A program made the position numbers and the translations under genes. From assembly GCA_965285935.1 (NCBI GenBank), contig OZ260661.1, forward strand, positions 94,054,001-94,118,000: a DNA stretch of 64,000 bases, written 5' to 3'. The notes below the pieces were generated by a model. The model worked only from the letters and a program-made list of their open reading frames with translations, was not told where the DNA came from and searched no databases. Positions 13,701 through 29,400 of the stretch are shown piece by piece; position 1 is the first letter of the stretch, and each line of letters opens with the position of its first letter. Source of the DNA: Ophelia neglecta (taxonomy: Eukaryota).

Positions 13701-16700
13701 ATCAGTGCTGCACATTCCCCATGGCTTTGCATGACAGAGAGCAAACAGAAGAGTAATAATCGTGTGGCATGAATACACAGAAATTTACACCATGGGGCCA
13801 CTTCTGACAGCGGAATTATTAAACCTGAGACCGTGGCTGTTGGTCTAGGGAGAGCTCAGAGAATGTGCTAAATTGCAAAGGTATGGATGACCAACCAATG
13901 GTCAGCCGTCTCCAAAGCAGCGGGGCACTCCGCAGTCAGAAAGCCAACCTTCACTCTCTTGATCTCGTATTCTATGCTGAGTTCAAAACGTCAGAATATA
14001 CCTGATGAAATTATTGTAATTAAGGCCACAACAAAAGGTGCGTGGTTGGCTGGGGGAATATTCAGCTGACTGTAAATGAAGTGCAGTTAATATTCAGCAG
14101 TGTACTGCTGGCTGGTGATTGCCTTTCTGAATGAATAGGTAACAGTTATTTGTAGGTACCAACACCCATTATCGCTGCGAATGCATCATGCAATGGCAAA
14201 TGCTTTTGTTCACCAGCACAGAAAATATAAGTGTTCTCTCTGTGTACTGGGCTCTCCAGGTGTGGATAACATTAGCCTGGTGCTATATTGTTCACTCTAA
14301 CGAAATGAGTCAAACAGGAAATGGTAAAAAACAGCATAAAAATTAGAAAAAGGAGGACCAGTTTTAGTTACAATGTCTACTTCTGACCATGGGCTCTAGT
14401 AATGTTACTGGGAGTTAAACACAAATAATTACAGCTCATATTAATTAGTGAGGTGTGTGGGTCGGGTCTGTATGCCAAGGCTGTAAGGTCAGATGCCGCT
14501 GCTAAGACACAGATGACATCCAAGCTGTGATGTTCAGAGAGCTCGCGCTAATGAAGAGCATGTGTTTATTATTGCTTCTATACATTAGATATAAATGTAC
14601 ATGTGCACAGTTTGACTGTACTGACACACACAGGCTGTTGTACAACCCCGCACGTCTTGTGTGCGTCTTGTGTGTACTGTGCTATCCTATCCTATCCTTA
14701 CAACCCAAACACTCACAATAATGTCTGTCTATATGGTTGGCTGACAGCACCCGATCATCAAATATACAAAACCAGCACACTTATCAGTATTAAATATACA
14801 CTTCCATCAGTAGCTATTGGAGAAAGTGCCTACAGCTGATGTAAATGTTCTTGCCCGAGGCGTATTACATGCCTGATCCACAGATTTGCAGATGCTTTCT
14901 CCAGACTGTAATATAGAGATATAAAATAACTTTTCGACTAGCTTTATTTTCTGGCAGTTGGTTGTTATGGGGTGGCAAACTGGTTAGCCCAATTAATTAA
15001 TATGGGAGAGGAGTTTAGCTGCAATGTGGCCATATTCTCTAGCCCCAAATAACAATAAGTGGGGAGCGAAGCATTAGCAATTTTGCTAAAAAAAAGAACA
15101 TTGCAAAATCTATGATTATGTACATAACTTGAAATGGATTGTGAAAATATAATAGACTCACAAACACAGCACCCTTATATAAGGGCTTACACAGGAATAT
15201 TAATGGAGGCATTTCTGCTGGAGTGTATATGAGATATTCTCATGCATTGTATTAATCCCGAACCGGTTCAAGGCCTCGGGTTCTGCGTCTGGCCCCATAA
15301 AAAGGCATGCTAGAAGAAAACATTGAGTTATTGGGCTACAGGGCAGAGCTGGGCATTCAGGCTATTGGGCCGGCCTTGGATGCAATCCCTTGCTTGGGTG
15401 GCAGTCTCTCGGGCAAATGGGGCCCAGGGTCAGTGGCAGCCATTGAAGGAATTCTTCAGCAGGAAACGGGGCTCTTCAGCAAAAAGACAAATGCGAGGGA
15501 TGGGCAGCCAAGTGAAAAGGATTTGGAATTATGATGCAGAAAGTATGTAGTTTATGGTGGTTTACTGGCAATTCCAGTCAGTAGAATTTGGACCCAGCGC
15601 ATACTGTTAGACATTAGGGTCATGATAAATTCATACAATTCAGCATGATTTCCCTGCCTGTTTATACATGGTTGGATTGTACGTAGGATGTATGGAGGTA
15701 GGCCGTGCCCCTTGCTTCACTCCCACATAGATCAGGACAGGGAGCAGGCCTCTGGCCCAAGCGGCTGTCGATAACCCCCCCTCATCCTCACCCAAACCTA
15801 CTCATTTTGCAGGGAGGCAGTGTGAGGTCCTATTGATCCCCACAGTCCTTGTCCCCAGATACACATCAATAAATAGATATATCTGGGCTAAGCTGTGAAC
15901 GTAGTCCCTGCCGTGATGATATAGGGTCAGCCATTGGCACCAGACCTTTCTTTTTATTCTATATTTTTTAGTCCCTCGATGGGCACCTTATTCACCCCTC
16001 TTGCCATGGCTAGACTTACCAGCGCCGTCAGTCCCGAGCAATGAAAGCAAATTGCAAAACACCCAAATCCAGTATTATTCGATGGGTACACAGTGTCAGA
16101 CTTAAGCACACAGATCTTTCACCTGAATCTTTGCTCACCTCTAGTCGAACGTTTAGAAGTCAAACCCAACTCAAACTTGGGGACAAAGAGGCCCAGATTT
16201 CCCCAATAGCAGCTTGTTTGCATAGACTCTACTCAATAGGGTTGACATTACAAAACGCACAAAGCCGCCAGACTTTGTCACTTCTGGCTAATATGTGCCG
16301 ATGTTTACACATGGTTCGGCAATGGCTCGTGGCCCAGTTTAGCCCGGCACCAAAGGCCTCTCTTCCCGCCACATAAGTGCCCACATTTCAAGCATTAGCC
16401 TGGTCAACTGTTAAACAAAGCTGATTTCTAAATACCTTTGCATCAGAGCGCTCCCTGTTGTTAGGCCGGCTGAGCGGAATATAGCTTATTAATTTTGGGA
16501 AGTCTGTCCTTAGCTGGGATTAACAGGGTCCACTTGTAATCAAAACCAAAATCCCCAACCCCTCAGCTTGGGTCTGCAACACCCAAGACCCTGTCACAAA
16601 CCCAACTATCCCATTTCTCACTTTGAAGCCCGTACCCAGGCTGAATATCAGTGTCAAAAATATCAACTTTCTTTAGGAGTAGAGCTAGAAGCAGGTATAT

Positions 16701-17353
16701 AAATTGGCTTTGAGTATGGCAGTGGAATGTCTAGCCCACTGTGTACACCCCGGGACAGGACTAGGTAGACTTTGTGTTGGCCACAGATAGTATTCATGGG
16801 GGCCAGCATCGAGTGTTTTATTTGTGCCCAGAGAGTTTTCTACGAGCCTTCAGAGACCCAAAATCTCCTCTCGTCATCAGCGGCAGGCAGAACTTGCCCG
16901 CAGTCGGGCCGGTCGATGCCCAGGACGTCTCGGGCAGCCCACGGGTGTAGACAGCCGATATATAGTCTGTAAATGACTCTTAGCGGGGAATAGTTCTCTT
17001 AAACACTCCTCAGCTACAACTTGGTAAATATAATGTCTATTAAACTGATAGTATGGCACTCATGCTAGAAACCTAGCACAGATATCATCAGCAAAGAGAA
17101 GTCCTTTCAAGCAGAGCATGATTCTCCAATGAACACCAAAAGGAAGCATTATGTGATAGCATATTAATATTGTTGGTTGGTGGAGCTATCATTTTGATTC
17201 ATCAGAGCATTAGATGATGTCTACAGAAGTCATTATAAAGTATGTATAGACAACTGAGGAGATATGGAGCAGAAAGATGGTGTTTAAAGACAACATTCTC
17301 TGTTTGTATGCTATTGATGTATTTGTAGTAATCTGCCTTTGCTGGTCTGGGAA

Positions 17354-17384
17354 GGGGGGGGGGGGGGTTGAGAGGGGGGGGGGG
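17354..17384. repeat. Double poly-G tract; other long G or C homopolymers lie near 2421, 3159, 5432, 6018, 6045, 6669, 9282 and 49071
   Basis: Homopolymer runs seen directly; their lengths may be affected by sequencing error. Confidence 0.7.
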
Positions 17385-20300
17385 AGGTGACACACAGATA
17401 CATTAAAGACTATGGGACCTGCCTTGAAGGAGCTGATACCTTCATCCAGCTTAAGAGCTGTTTAATCACCTGGCTGTAAGTATAACATGTCACCAGACAA
17501 GATCTGGCTTCAGTTACCAAACTAAGGAATGAAATACCTATTGGCCAAAAAATGTATAGTCCCAACAACAAAAAGAGGAGATAATGACTGCTTGAAAATA
17601 GGAGAGATGACTGCAGAAAATTACAGGGGTCTTTTGATGTGTACATGGTAACAATGGCAGGCTGAAAGGTGAAGTGAAATTTCAAGGTTTAGGTGTGCTG
17701 ATAGTTGGTTGTAGTCGGCCCATCTTGTAGCCGTTTTGGCTGACCCTAGGGTCACGGTGTCTTGCTCCCAGGCACACTGCCAGTCTGGCTCCTGTGAAAT
17801 CAGCCTGGAACCCAGGGCAAGAAATGCCAGAAAAATTTAGGAAGATGTTGCTCCAAGATAAGGCGGGGTTGGATTTCAAGTTAATGACCGGCTTTGTTGG
17901 TTGTGAGTATACTGGTGTACAATCTGTAACAGGGTTGGCATGCTCCTCAGCACGTGAACATCTGTCCCTCCGAGGCTCCTCTCCTCAAGATGTACACTTC
18001 TTGTGTCTCTGTACACTTTCTGTTAGTTTGTTTTTATAGTGATGGTGGATGGTTGAAGTGGGTGTCCGAAGTGGGTGTAGTTTTCTTACTGGGCCTGCTG
18101 TCACACTGATTGGGAGTGTCCCTGTGGATGTCTTGCTGGCCCCCAGACTGATTGGTCCTGTCTCCACCTGAGGGCTGTGTGTCTGACCACCTGTATACCC
18201 TGCACTCTTTACATCTACCCTCTTAATTAATGTACTGTGACAGGTCTGAGTGTACAACTCACCCCTAAATCTACTCTGACAAGACTTGGCTTATAGATAT
18301 ATCCTGACACCAGTGAAACATCAACAGCACCACTATTCATTAAATATCTACAACAGAAATCAGTAAAGTTAGATACCACTTGGAATACAATAGCACAGAA
18401 ATCAGGCATAATAAAATAGCATAAAGAAAGTAAATTTCCATAGCATTCCATCAATATAATTTGAGTTTTGACCTGTATTTGGTTAAAATTCATTATAGTA
18501 AAATCAATAAATGTGAAGAACACTGAGAAGCTCAAAAAATGAAGTCATAATATTTATTTAGATGTACTTAAATAAAATTTGTGTGGCATTGAAGTCAGCC
18601 AAATAATATGTGCAGAAGTAAAATGGTCAAATGTCAGTGGCATGAAAATCAGCCCCATTTTTAATAGCAGTATCACTGAAATCAGAGATTGTGTAAAACC
18701 ACTGAAATGGACAGAAAAAAAAAGCCTGAAATCAGTCCAATAGCTATTAAATAAATCAGTCAGCTGTACATAATTATACATATAGATACTAGTATGTATG
18801 GCAGAAATAGTCAAATGTCAATATTGCTGATAGATTTATTATTATTTACCATTTCACATGCACCTAACACAATTCGTTCAAGTGTTCCCTATGATAAGTT
18901 GCCAGATTTATTTGTCATGTTATGATTAATACTCTGTGTTTTGGGCAGTGAATCAGTGATTCACTGTGCCAGTAATCGGCCAGTCAGCTCATTTATATAG
19001 TCAATAATGCCATTTGCACTGTGACCTTGTGACTCGGTCTAGGTAGCCCATTTGATTGCATTATCCTGCCATCTTTGTGGTATAAAAAGGCCATTTCTCC
19101 CCGGGACACTGATTCCTGTACCAGTGGATGAACTGACCCTGTTAACTATATTGGCCTACTCACCATCCTGTCAAGTATTTTATTATGAACGCTGAAGAAA
19201 TGCATCATGCTAAATGTACTGTTTTCAGTTTTCTGGGTCTTGTGTTTCATGAGACTGTTCTATGGTATTTTATCTGCCATGTTAATCAGTATCTATTCAG
19301 TATTGTTGCCTATAGAAGCCATAGAGTAACCAGTGTTTACATTGGCAGTGACAGCCCAGATTATCACCCCTAGTATACTAGTATTGTATAGCCGTGTCTT
19401 GCGAACAGTCCTTGCTGAGTGCTGCTGCCCTCTTGTGCCTAATGCCTCAACTAAACATACCATACAACTCGGATGAGTAGCGCATGAACGGCAAACGGCT
19501 AGATAAAGCTATGAAGGCTACATGAATATCTGAGGATATTCCTAAAGACTTTTCTGACTGTTAGTTAGTGAGCTATGTTCTTTTGTTCCTCCCACTAACA
19601 GATGAACCAACCTAATTGCCAATAATTAAAATATTTATCCCTGTCACAGGCCAATGATCACAAGCTGATATGCAGCAGGGGAATTCAAAGTTACCTCCGG
19701 CCACCACCAGCATGGAAATACCACAAAACTCAGAAAGATTTGGAATAGTTTTTGCAGTTAACAACAATATTATTGTATTAAAATAGCATACTTTACTGTT
19801 TCAACCATATATTTGATATGTTGTTTGATGTCACATGAAATATTCAACAGTGGTTTCACAGCGGGCAATTAGGTTTAGAGTTTGCTGTTGGGGTTTCCTA
19901 CCCCAGGGTCAATGTTTGGTAGTTAGACCACTGTTTGTTCATTAACTGGTCCCTAAAGGCCCAGACGAGATTTTAAACACCGGCTCGCCAATGTACACAA
20001 ATCCCCATTTGAATTTAGGGAGTTTGAAAACTATATCAAGAATGATGGCTAATGATGATGATGGCATTCTTATCCCTAATGGGGGTGGCAGAATGCATGT
20101 TAATCACCCCAGCCAAATAAAGTTAACCTGTTGAATCTTTGTCAGTGTAGGCAGAGAGTACCCCCATCAAGACATTAATTGCGCATAATGTGGTTGGGAT
20201 CGTGGTGGGGCTGTCTGCCGATGAGTGTGGGTACATTGACATGTAGATCAGAAGGCCGGTGACAAGTTTATGTCACATTCAAACCCCTTTGCCATTCAAT

Positions 20301-23300
20301 TTAAATGTTTTTGTAAATTATTTGCAATGATTGCAAATTCAATGTTTTGCAAGCAAAGTTTCACAGCTATTTGCATATGTGCAACTCAGTTGCCCCGACA
20401 GTTTCCAGCCGATTGCTCGACACACAGATTACTGTGCAAATTTTACCCGACTTCAGTGGAGGTCCTCTTTTATCTTGGGTAGCAAACGATTTTGATAAAC
20501 CAGGCTTTATTTTGTTGGCATTTCTTTAAAATTCCAAGTATCAAAGCCAAGGAGGTGATAAGACACGCAGTTGGTCACTCTGTTTTTGCCTTCGGCTGTG
20601 CTCACTTCCCTTTAAAAATCTTTTAAGAACATAATTAGGATAATTATCAGCCCAGCATTCAGATTAGGATACCTAGCTTAGTCTTTTTACCAGTTTTGGG
20701 TTGGGCATAAATTAGCAGCAGTTTCTCAGTGTGTGTTTTCAATAATGGCCATTTGGCTGGAGGGTTGATGGTAGCTAATTGAATATGTTGGTGTGAGGGG
20801 TGGTGAGATTTGTGTGAGTTTTGGTTGGGGTGTGGGATGGGTAGCTAGTCAGGCCAAGCCCTGGGGCTGAGATATCTGATATAAGCAGTACCCATCTGGC
20901 CACAACTGAGGAATCTACCGGTCAACTTGTTCAACCAGGCGGTTATCATGGGGTATAGAGGCAACCAGGGCCTAACAATCTCCTAACATCCTCACCATGA
21001 TAGCCGACAAACAGTTCTCATTATATATAGACAGTCTGAAGTATTATGATAGTGCTGAGATTTGAAGGTTTTAAATGGTTGAATGATCTTTTTCATTTAT
21101 TTTAAAATTCAGACTGCTGGTTAAAAAGTTAATGCTGTCAACTGTGTGTCAGGAGGAAAAAAATCTGTTTTTCCTCTTTACATGAATCAGCTTCTCTATC
21201 AAATAGCACATCACATCACATGAAATTTTATATATAGATTATTATATATTCACAAAATGATGAATTGTATAAATTTGAACATCATTTCCTTGTACAAAAC
21301 TTCTCTTATGTAGTACAGAAAGTTGTTACTATGCTGTCCAAATCACTGTGGTGTTTGTCAGAAGTCACCGAGGAGACAATGGGGGGAGAGTGTGGTGAAA
21401 ACAGTGTCAGTTTGAATGACACCTCCGTCGGGCGGAGACCCGCATTTGACATGTCGCTCCGGCGATAGGGAATTCCTGTTGTGGGCAACACGACAGCTCA
21501 AAGGCTGCTGCGAGTGGTCGGGAGAATGAGCAAACTCGGTAGGAGCTGGCGCTTTTGACACGTCTCACCCTCGCTTCAGGCATCGGAGAAAAGAAGTGGC
21601 GCTCTTAACCACCATGTTTTTTTACCATGATAAACTGAGAATAGGAATGATAAGATCTGCTCCCCTACTCTGAAGTGGCCCAGGGCCAGACCCACCCTAC
21701 CCACCTGTCAAAATAAAATTGAATCCCTCCCTTGGGTGTGTTGTTCCATGAAATGGTGGACTATCAAACTTCCACTCCCTCAATGCTATCAGGGCTTTGT
21801 AGAGAGTCATTGAGAGGCTCAGAGACATTTGGGAGGTGGTAAGCTATTGCCTGAGTCCTCTCAAATCCCATGTATCTTGGTATTTAATTAAAACAGGGCT
21901 CAATCCAGCCGAAAGGCCAAATTGCATTGAGTCCCTATAGTGTTTAATTTTGCGCAATTCTCTGAATGCCTGGCTTTGCTCACTTTGCAGTTTAAATTGC
22001 AAATGGCTTGGATAGTACTGGCTGTGCTAGGAGGACGGACCTGTATGATCAAGTTTTAATCAGTGAAAACATGAACTGTTCTCCTGCTGTTGAGCACACA
22101 TCCAATCCATTTGCTGTCCTTGTGGAGGTCTCAATGCAGCCATGTGGCTTTGACAGGCCTTCCAGAACCTGTTAAGGACCATTTGATCAGGCTGTAGAGT
22201 GTCTTCTCGGGGATCTATCAGCCATTTTGTCCCCTGCCCTGATATGGCATCGTGGTTCAGGTTGTTTGGGGAATGCACAGAATTATCAGAGAAAAATAGC
22301 TTTGCTTCTGTCCTGATAAAGATTATTTGTGGATTGTGACCTTTTCAATTTCTGTTTCTAGACTTCCATTGATTTACCAATGTCGCGGGATATCGCCCTT
22401 GCTTTCCAAAAATAACAAGGATCTTTAGTATCATGTCTGGTATATTCTGTTTGAAATTTGTCCAAATGACAACTTATATACTGTTGTTTGAACACCAGCA
22501 CTGTATATAAACTACATGTATATCAATAGTGTTTTCAGTGTTTGGAAAGTAGTTCAGCCAGTTGATACATGTAGTCTATTCACCTGGTGACAGGGAGAGA
22601 GAATAGCCAGTGTAAAGCCATCAGAGAGGCCATTGGAAAGAAGGATGGCTACCATCGGCAGACCTGATCACTAGTCTATTGGGGCGAGCCGGGGCTAAGA
22701 AGATAGGCCCCCACTTTAGATTGGGTCTTGATACCCGCTACACCCCAGAGGACCTGCTAATGCATCTTAAGCCGGGGATGGCGAGTGAAAAATGAATATA
22801 GGGAGGCTAAAATAGCTAGTGTCTCTGGAAGAGGAGTCTGTTGGTATAGGGTACTTGGTGTGTAGTGTTAGTATGTCGGACAAACCCAATTGGTGATGTT
22901 CTACCTGACAACTGAATGAGGAAATCCTGATCATTATCATAAACAATGAAATACCCAAACTTGTTGGTGATAATTTATGTCCGCCTGCCATGCGTGGTCA
23001 TTTGTCAGAGGTCTTCTGACAGCTTTTGTATCTGATAATATCCTATCCCAGGATAAGTAGGCCATTATTTGTATTCAAATTGTAATTTACCAGGTGAAAT
23101 ATGTCTAGGGCTTTGTCCCATACAAGCCCCTGCTAATGCTGTGTTATAAATGCCAGGCTGAAGCAGAATCATCATTTCTTCCATTCCTCGCATAATCTTT
23201 TATGCAATATTTGAATAGATTTGCATGCCATTAGCTGGGATCGATATCTTTTTGTGAGGTGATCTGTTTGTCGGTCTGGTGACCCGGGACCGATGTTAAT

Positions 23301-23462
23301 GATTCTTGCGTTGTTTTCGGTGAGGTGCAGTATCGTATGGCGCGCTGGGTGCCCGTGTTCTGCTGTAGCGGCTCACCCTCCAGACTGACTGGGACCATCG
23401 CCGGGAAACAGGCCGCGTTCAGCACACAAACCCTTACACCGTACAAACAAACCTACACACAA

Positions 23463-23478
23463 ACACACACACACACAC
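23463..23478. repeat. (AC)8 microsatellite within an AC-rich patch
   Basis: acacacacacacacac read directly. Confidence 0.8.
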
Positions 23479-26400
23479 AAGCCCTGCGTAATAGTCCGTA
23501 AGGCAAGTCCTACTAGTCTTTTGTCATTTGCTTAACAACTGGTCACGGTAAACAGTGACCAATAGATCATGACAAAAGCATGTAGATATAGGATTGTCTT
23601 ACCATAGCAAATTTACTTTGAGACACAGCTACTACATTATTTGCTTTAAAGTTGTCCAGGTTCTAGATCTGATTGAAGCCAATGTAATTATTTTTATCGG
23701 GGTCTGTATCAGTCAAAGAATATTAGAGTCTGATTGAGACTCCAGTTAGGGAGAGGCTGATTGCTGGGATGATATCGGCTGTATCTAGTCAGTGTAGTAC
23801 CAGTTGGTACCATACCAATCTCATAAGGACCAGCAGGAATTTTAATATTCCTCTGAAATTTCCTTTGGAAATATTATCAGGGGGTATTTTTTGTGTGATA
23901 TAGGCGAGGTTGGTGAGTGATGCAGAGATAATAAGCTCGTCTCAGATTATGAAGGGGCCCGGGATGAGTTAGATTTCCCCGCCAATCTCTGCTGGATTGT
24001 CTGACTGCAGACTGTAGTGGATGTTTCGTAAACATGCTGTGTATTTGAGTGTATCTGAGTGGTGTTTTTGCTGGTTTTGCGCGAGCTGTTAATACGTGTG
24101 AGTTTGTATCCTTTCATAAAGCAAAATTAACATTTGGCCGAGGGTGGTGCAGCCTACTTTGATGTGTTCTTTACATTTTGCCTGTGTATGATTGGGTGAC
24201 ATATAGGGTTCCCTCAGCTCATCAGCATGGAGTATCACAGGGCTACAGTTCACTGGCAACGGGTGCCGGTAACCGGCCCCTACCGGTGTTTGTAGCTGCT
24301 TACAACATCTGTTCAGGAAGCCAAAACTTGCTATTTGGGTTTTTTATATGAACTTAAGTCAGTGGGGGGACTGGATGCTTGCTTGTTTCTACCACCAATG
24401 TATCAGCTGTAGATGGTAAAACATGGCCACTCTGACTGAATACGATCTGCGTTTTGCTTGGTTTGGGGGAGAAATATCTGGTAAAACACTTGGGAACACT
24501 CAGACCAGACTCAGTAGACAGCAGAAATTCAAGTGCAAAGTTGCGCAGAAGGTTATCGCCTCTTGCTGGGCTGTTGGCGCATACATAATCTCGGCACAAG
24601 TGTGCTGGTGTTATCATCAACATGGCTGATTTACAAATTTCTCTTGCTCCGTATCAAATTCTGTGACCCACCAGGGGCTGATAGGGTTTCTAGGCTACCT
24701 GGCCTCCTCCCTGGTATCTCCCCTGGAAGTTACACTGCTCCCCCCATCTCTGTGGGACTCTTTGTCAGGGCTTTAGGGGTGTCTGGGGACTAATAACAAG
24801 TAAGTACTGGCATAGGCTCCATCAAGGTCGCACATTCAAGTAGCCAGAGACCATCAATATCATTTTTATTCTGTTCTCAATCACATGTACTCACATAAAA
24901 TATTTGATTATTGATACAAAAAAGCCAATAATTCGTATATAAAATTAAATAGCTCCCCCTTGGAAGGTTTTGACATTGCTAGATGCTGCACTGATTTTCC
25001 TGTGGCACATCTCACTCCAAAAAATTACTTTAGAAGAAAGTACTCAAAATTACACAATTTGTAGCAGTCTTCATCCTTGGGAATTTCTGTTGCCAGAAAT
25101 TTCATGGAGGAATTGCCTAAATTTGGTTGCCTTTACCCACTTATGTGTATTGGATGGAGCCGGGTGGAGGGGCGCATTGCGCTCGTTCATTTATTTATTG
25201 AGGATAATCCAATCCTGGCACCACCGCGATGGCCCATCAGCCAAATTCTACTTCTCTGAGAGAAATTTACCAGAGACAGGGGCCCATGATTTATCGACAG
25301 AGTAGCCCCTTGCCTATAACTTTCATAACTGGCCAATTCCGCAAGCAATTCGCCAAGAAATCAAATTGTATAACTTGGAATGCAATCCAGGCCCCTTAGA
25401 GACCAATGGCCGGGATCGGCTCGGATTTGGAGAGATTGGCCGAGCAGCTCGGGCAACTGTTCAAATTAATATGCCCATATTTGGTAGTTTGTGAGGGTAA
25501 ATAAGCATCAGAGCCCTCTCTATGGCCATAAGTAAGGATTAGGGTGAATGGGGCTGGGGTAAGCCAGGATTGCTGGCATTGTGAAGGAAATTATTTGAGA
25601 CGCTGGGACTGTAACACCCTGGTTTAAGGCCCATACATCAGAATCGCTGTGTGGCGGTATTAAACATGACGGCCTCCGCATTATATCGGCATTCTCTTCA
25701 TAGATCTCTGGATAATGATTTCTGGATGCAGAATATAGACCCCTCATGTCTGTACAAATAACGATAGATGACGCAGGTCGCTCAATGAATTCTAGACAAA
25801 AACACCAGTCTTTTAGGTCTGATTTAGTTGAGCCTGTTAGAGGAGGAGGAATGATGTAGTCAGGTGCTAGGTGACCTCGCCGGCATTGCTTTCCCTGCTC
25901 TAGCGGCGGTTAGTGTTTTGTGTTTAATGGGGGTAAACACCAGCCAACCACACCTGAAATGTTAATTGACAAACAGCATGGCTCCTGAAAGACACCATGA
26001 CATCATGTGGTGATGGTGTGACATCATTTCATGATGTCACGGCCATCAACATACTGTGACAGTCACACAAGAAGAGGTCACTGTCATTCCTGGCCCAAAA
26101 TATTTGGTGCATAGAGAATTCCTCACCAGTGTGTAAGGGTCTACCTTTCAAATTAATGTTAGATTGCACTCAACATACATTTTGAACGGAGACCTGCTTT
26201 GCAGTAATATGTATGGGGAAAACATCTGGATAAATGTATAAGTGATAAATTTGTTAGTGTGTTTGAGTGTGGACAGACAGTAATCAATGGTGTGATTTTA
26301 TATAATATGAACATACCTTTGGTTTGGCAACACATTCAAATACTTTTTACAAGTAAATTAATAGGCATTGAATCTTCATAAAAAAAATTCCCCTGCATAT

Positions 26401-29400
26401 CAAATGGCAGAAGAGACATATTATGTCACAATCAAAAAGTCATTTGTAAATTAATGATTATTCCTTTTTCTTGGTGGAGTACAATTCAATTACAAACTAA
26501 TATGTCATTAATGTAGAAATAATCAATGCCAAGTAATAAGGTTAACTTGGCTCAAACTCAAAGAGTCGCACGTTTACTAGTGTGCATTATTTTGACAAAT
26601 TGGGTTTTGGTTAAATTGGAAAGCAATGATCATCCAGGTTGGCATAGGTTAAAAATTCTAAACTGAGTTTCACTAACTTTCCAAAGCATTCAGTCCAAAT
26701 TTTCTCTTTGAAGTTTGTTCTGTGGTCGTATTAGGTTTCAAATTACCATAAAAACTGTGGTGTTCCATCTAAAATGACCTTATATAGCATTTCAAGAATT
26801 TTTCAGTAAAAAAAGTTGCCAAGGTGTAATCTTCTGGTGCAGATAAAGGTATCAGGTTTCAGGCTTTCAGGGTATTTGGTTTTGAATTTGAATATGTTGC
26901 TACTCGGTGCAATAGACATATTTGAACCGTAATATGGAAGTTTTGAAAGTTTAATAGCACAAGAATGGGGCTGTATTGAAAGTAGACATTACTATTGCAA
27001 TGGCAGCGCATAAAAATTACCAGAGCCACAGGAATAGAAACTTGTGGGCGAAACCAAACAGACTTTGTGCAAAAAGTGCACGGCACTTTTGGAGAACAAT
27101 GAAATTTCGTTAAGGCATCATGCATTGGTTCGAATTACAGTTGAAATAATGGCAGGCCTGTGGTTGCGTTATAAGAACAGAAGCAAGGCCATCCAGCTCG
27201 CTTATCAGAGTCCAAAGATCGAGTTGTTGAGGATGGAAAGGAGTGCGGCTATAAATTATGCATGCTTTCTGTTTACACTGTGAGCGACACCTTTAGCCTT
27301 CTCCACATAACTCACCCTCTCCTCTTCACAGCCTTCTGACAGTCCCTGCCGATTGGACCAGCAAAATCTCCAAAATCTTGACGTTTTTATCGTATTATGC
27401 CATATCGAGTAACCAGGCTGAGAGCAGTAAAGGCGAATATCGCAGCTCTGCCTTTGTCATATTGAAGGGCTGCCCTCTGGTGCCAATGTCGGGCGTATTA
27501 ATATTCATATCGCTGTCGATGGAGGACGGAGGTTGGCTGCTGTAAAGGAACGTGTCAAAAGCAGGGTGCCCCATCGACCTGAGCCGAGATAAATTTCATA
27601 ATTCATAGTTTAATTGAGTCGTAGAAGGAGTACGAGCCTGTCTGGGTTTGTAGTATTTGACTTGGTAATACCAGGTCAGTGGGGCCAGAATAAATCTTGT
27701 AGCGACAACAACCAAGCAGTACCAAAAAGATTGATACCATACTGCACGACAGCCTGCCAGCTAGCCAGATTTGTGCAAATTAATACATGGTTGATCCATG
27801 AAATAACTCTAATAAAATTCTCCTGCATGTTATTAGCTAGACAAAAAAACTAAATAAATGTATTTCCGGTGATAAACATTTGTTGTAGTAATGCAGTGGA
27901 AGTAAGTTTTAAGCTGTTCTGTGGTGCATTTATTTTCTTTTACGCAGCGAGACAAGTCTTTATCTGGCTGCATGTAATAGACTGGGAACTCTGCCCAACC
28001 CACGCAACAAATTGAAATTATGAAGATTGTATTCAATACAATAGAACGTATCAAATTTTATAGCAAAAGGCTGTACCTGTACATGTATATGACATTTTAA
28101 GAAATTTAAACTTTCAGTTAATATAGCCAAAGTCAGAACCATTAGGTAAAAGATAAAGCTCTGAAATTGACCAAGTCATTGAATTCATGTCGGCACTAAA
28201 GCTGACACTTTGAAGTGCAATTCTTTTAAAGAATAGTTTTCAGTTTGTTCACCGTCCTCAAAAATCAAGTGTTTTGAATAGTATGTTGTGTGTCATGAGA
28301 AGAGATGGCAATACCCAGTGTGTTGTCTCAGTGGCCAATTTCTCAGCCGGCACCCTCCCCGGGATTCATGTTCACCAACCATAACCGAACATTGTAGCAC
28401 AGTCAAAACATTTTGGGGGTCATGTGGAGATATTTTCTGTCATTTTCCAAAGCTGAATAATGGCGGCAATTTAGGCATTTGTTATGAAGTTAAAGTGCTG
28501 CTGGCCCCTTGTGGCTCGTACCATGCGGAGCCTGAACGGAGAAGATTTGAACGCTTTAGAATATAAAATCTGCTGCACAATATCCACATATGTGCCGAAA
28601 AAATCATATTAGAGGCAATCGGCATGCGTTCATTGTTACCATTAATTTTAAGCCTGTAGGGCCATTGACATAATATTTCTCTGAAGGTTCATTATTTCAT
28701 AATTTAAGCAAAAGCCTCCAATGAATGTAATTTTAATTAATGCACACATTTTATGTGAACATTAAATGAGAATGGTTGGGCGCCTGGGGCAGGGGTTCTA
28801 ACCATTGTCAAAGGGATCATGCCACTTGGAATTTGATTATATAGACACGGGAATAGAATTACCCGGGCCCTCTCCTGACTTATAATTATGTTTAATACAA
28901 CTGCTCTGGATTTTTCAATTCACCAGTTATTCTTTGAGGGAGCAAGCCAATTTAAAGAAATCTGACACCAATGAATTATAGGATGAAATAGAAATAGCAT
29001 GGAGTACTGGACATGTTCTCTGGTACCGGCAATGATACAATTTCGTTCCTGAAAATCGGTGTCTTTCTTTTATACCAGTCATCTGCCATATGGAGAATAC
29101 TTTTATAATAATATCCTTGTGAGACTCTTTAATATTTACATTAATAATGTGCACTTACACTAAGGATCATTGGATTTAGTTTACCGGCAACATTACTGAA
29201 TAATTAAAATGGTTCATTGTTGTTAATATGTTTTGGTTTCCCATGCAAAATATAGTCATCAGAGTTAATAGTCTCATGTGTTACAGTACTAGTACAATCT
29301 TGTCGTTGTTCAAGTGTTATTTCTTCAGTTCACTGGCTGATTAATGACAATTCACAAAACTTAACGAAATGTCGTTTAATAGAGTGAACACCTCATTGCT

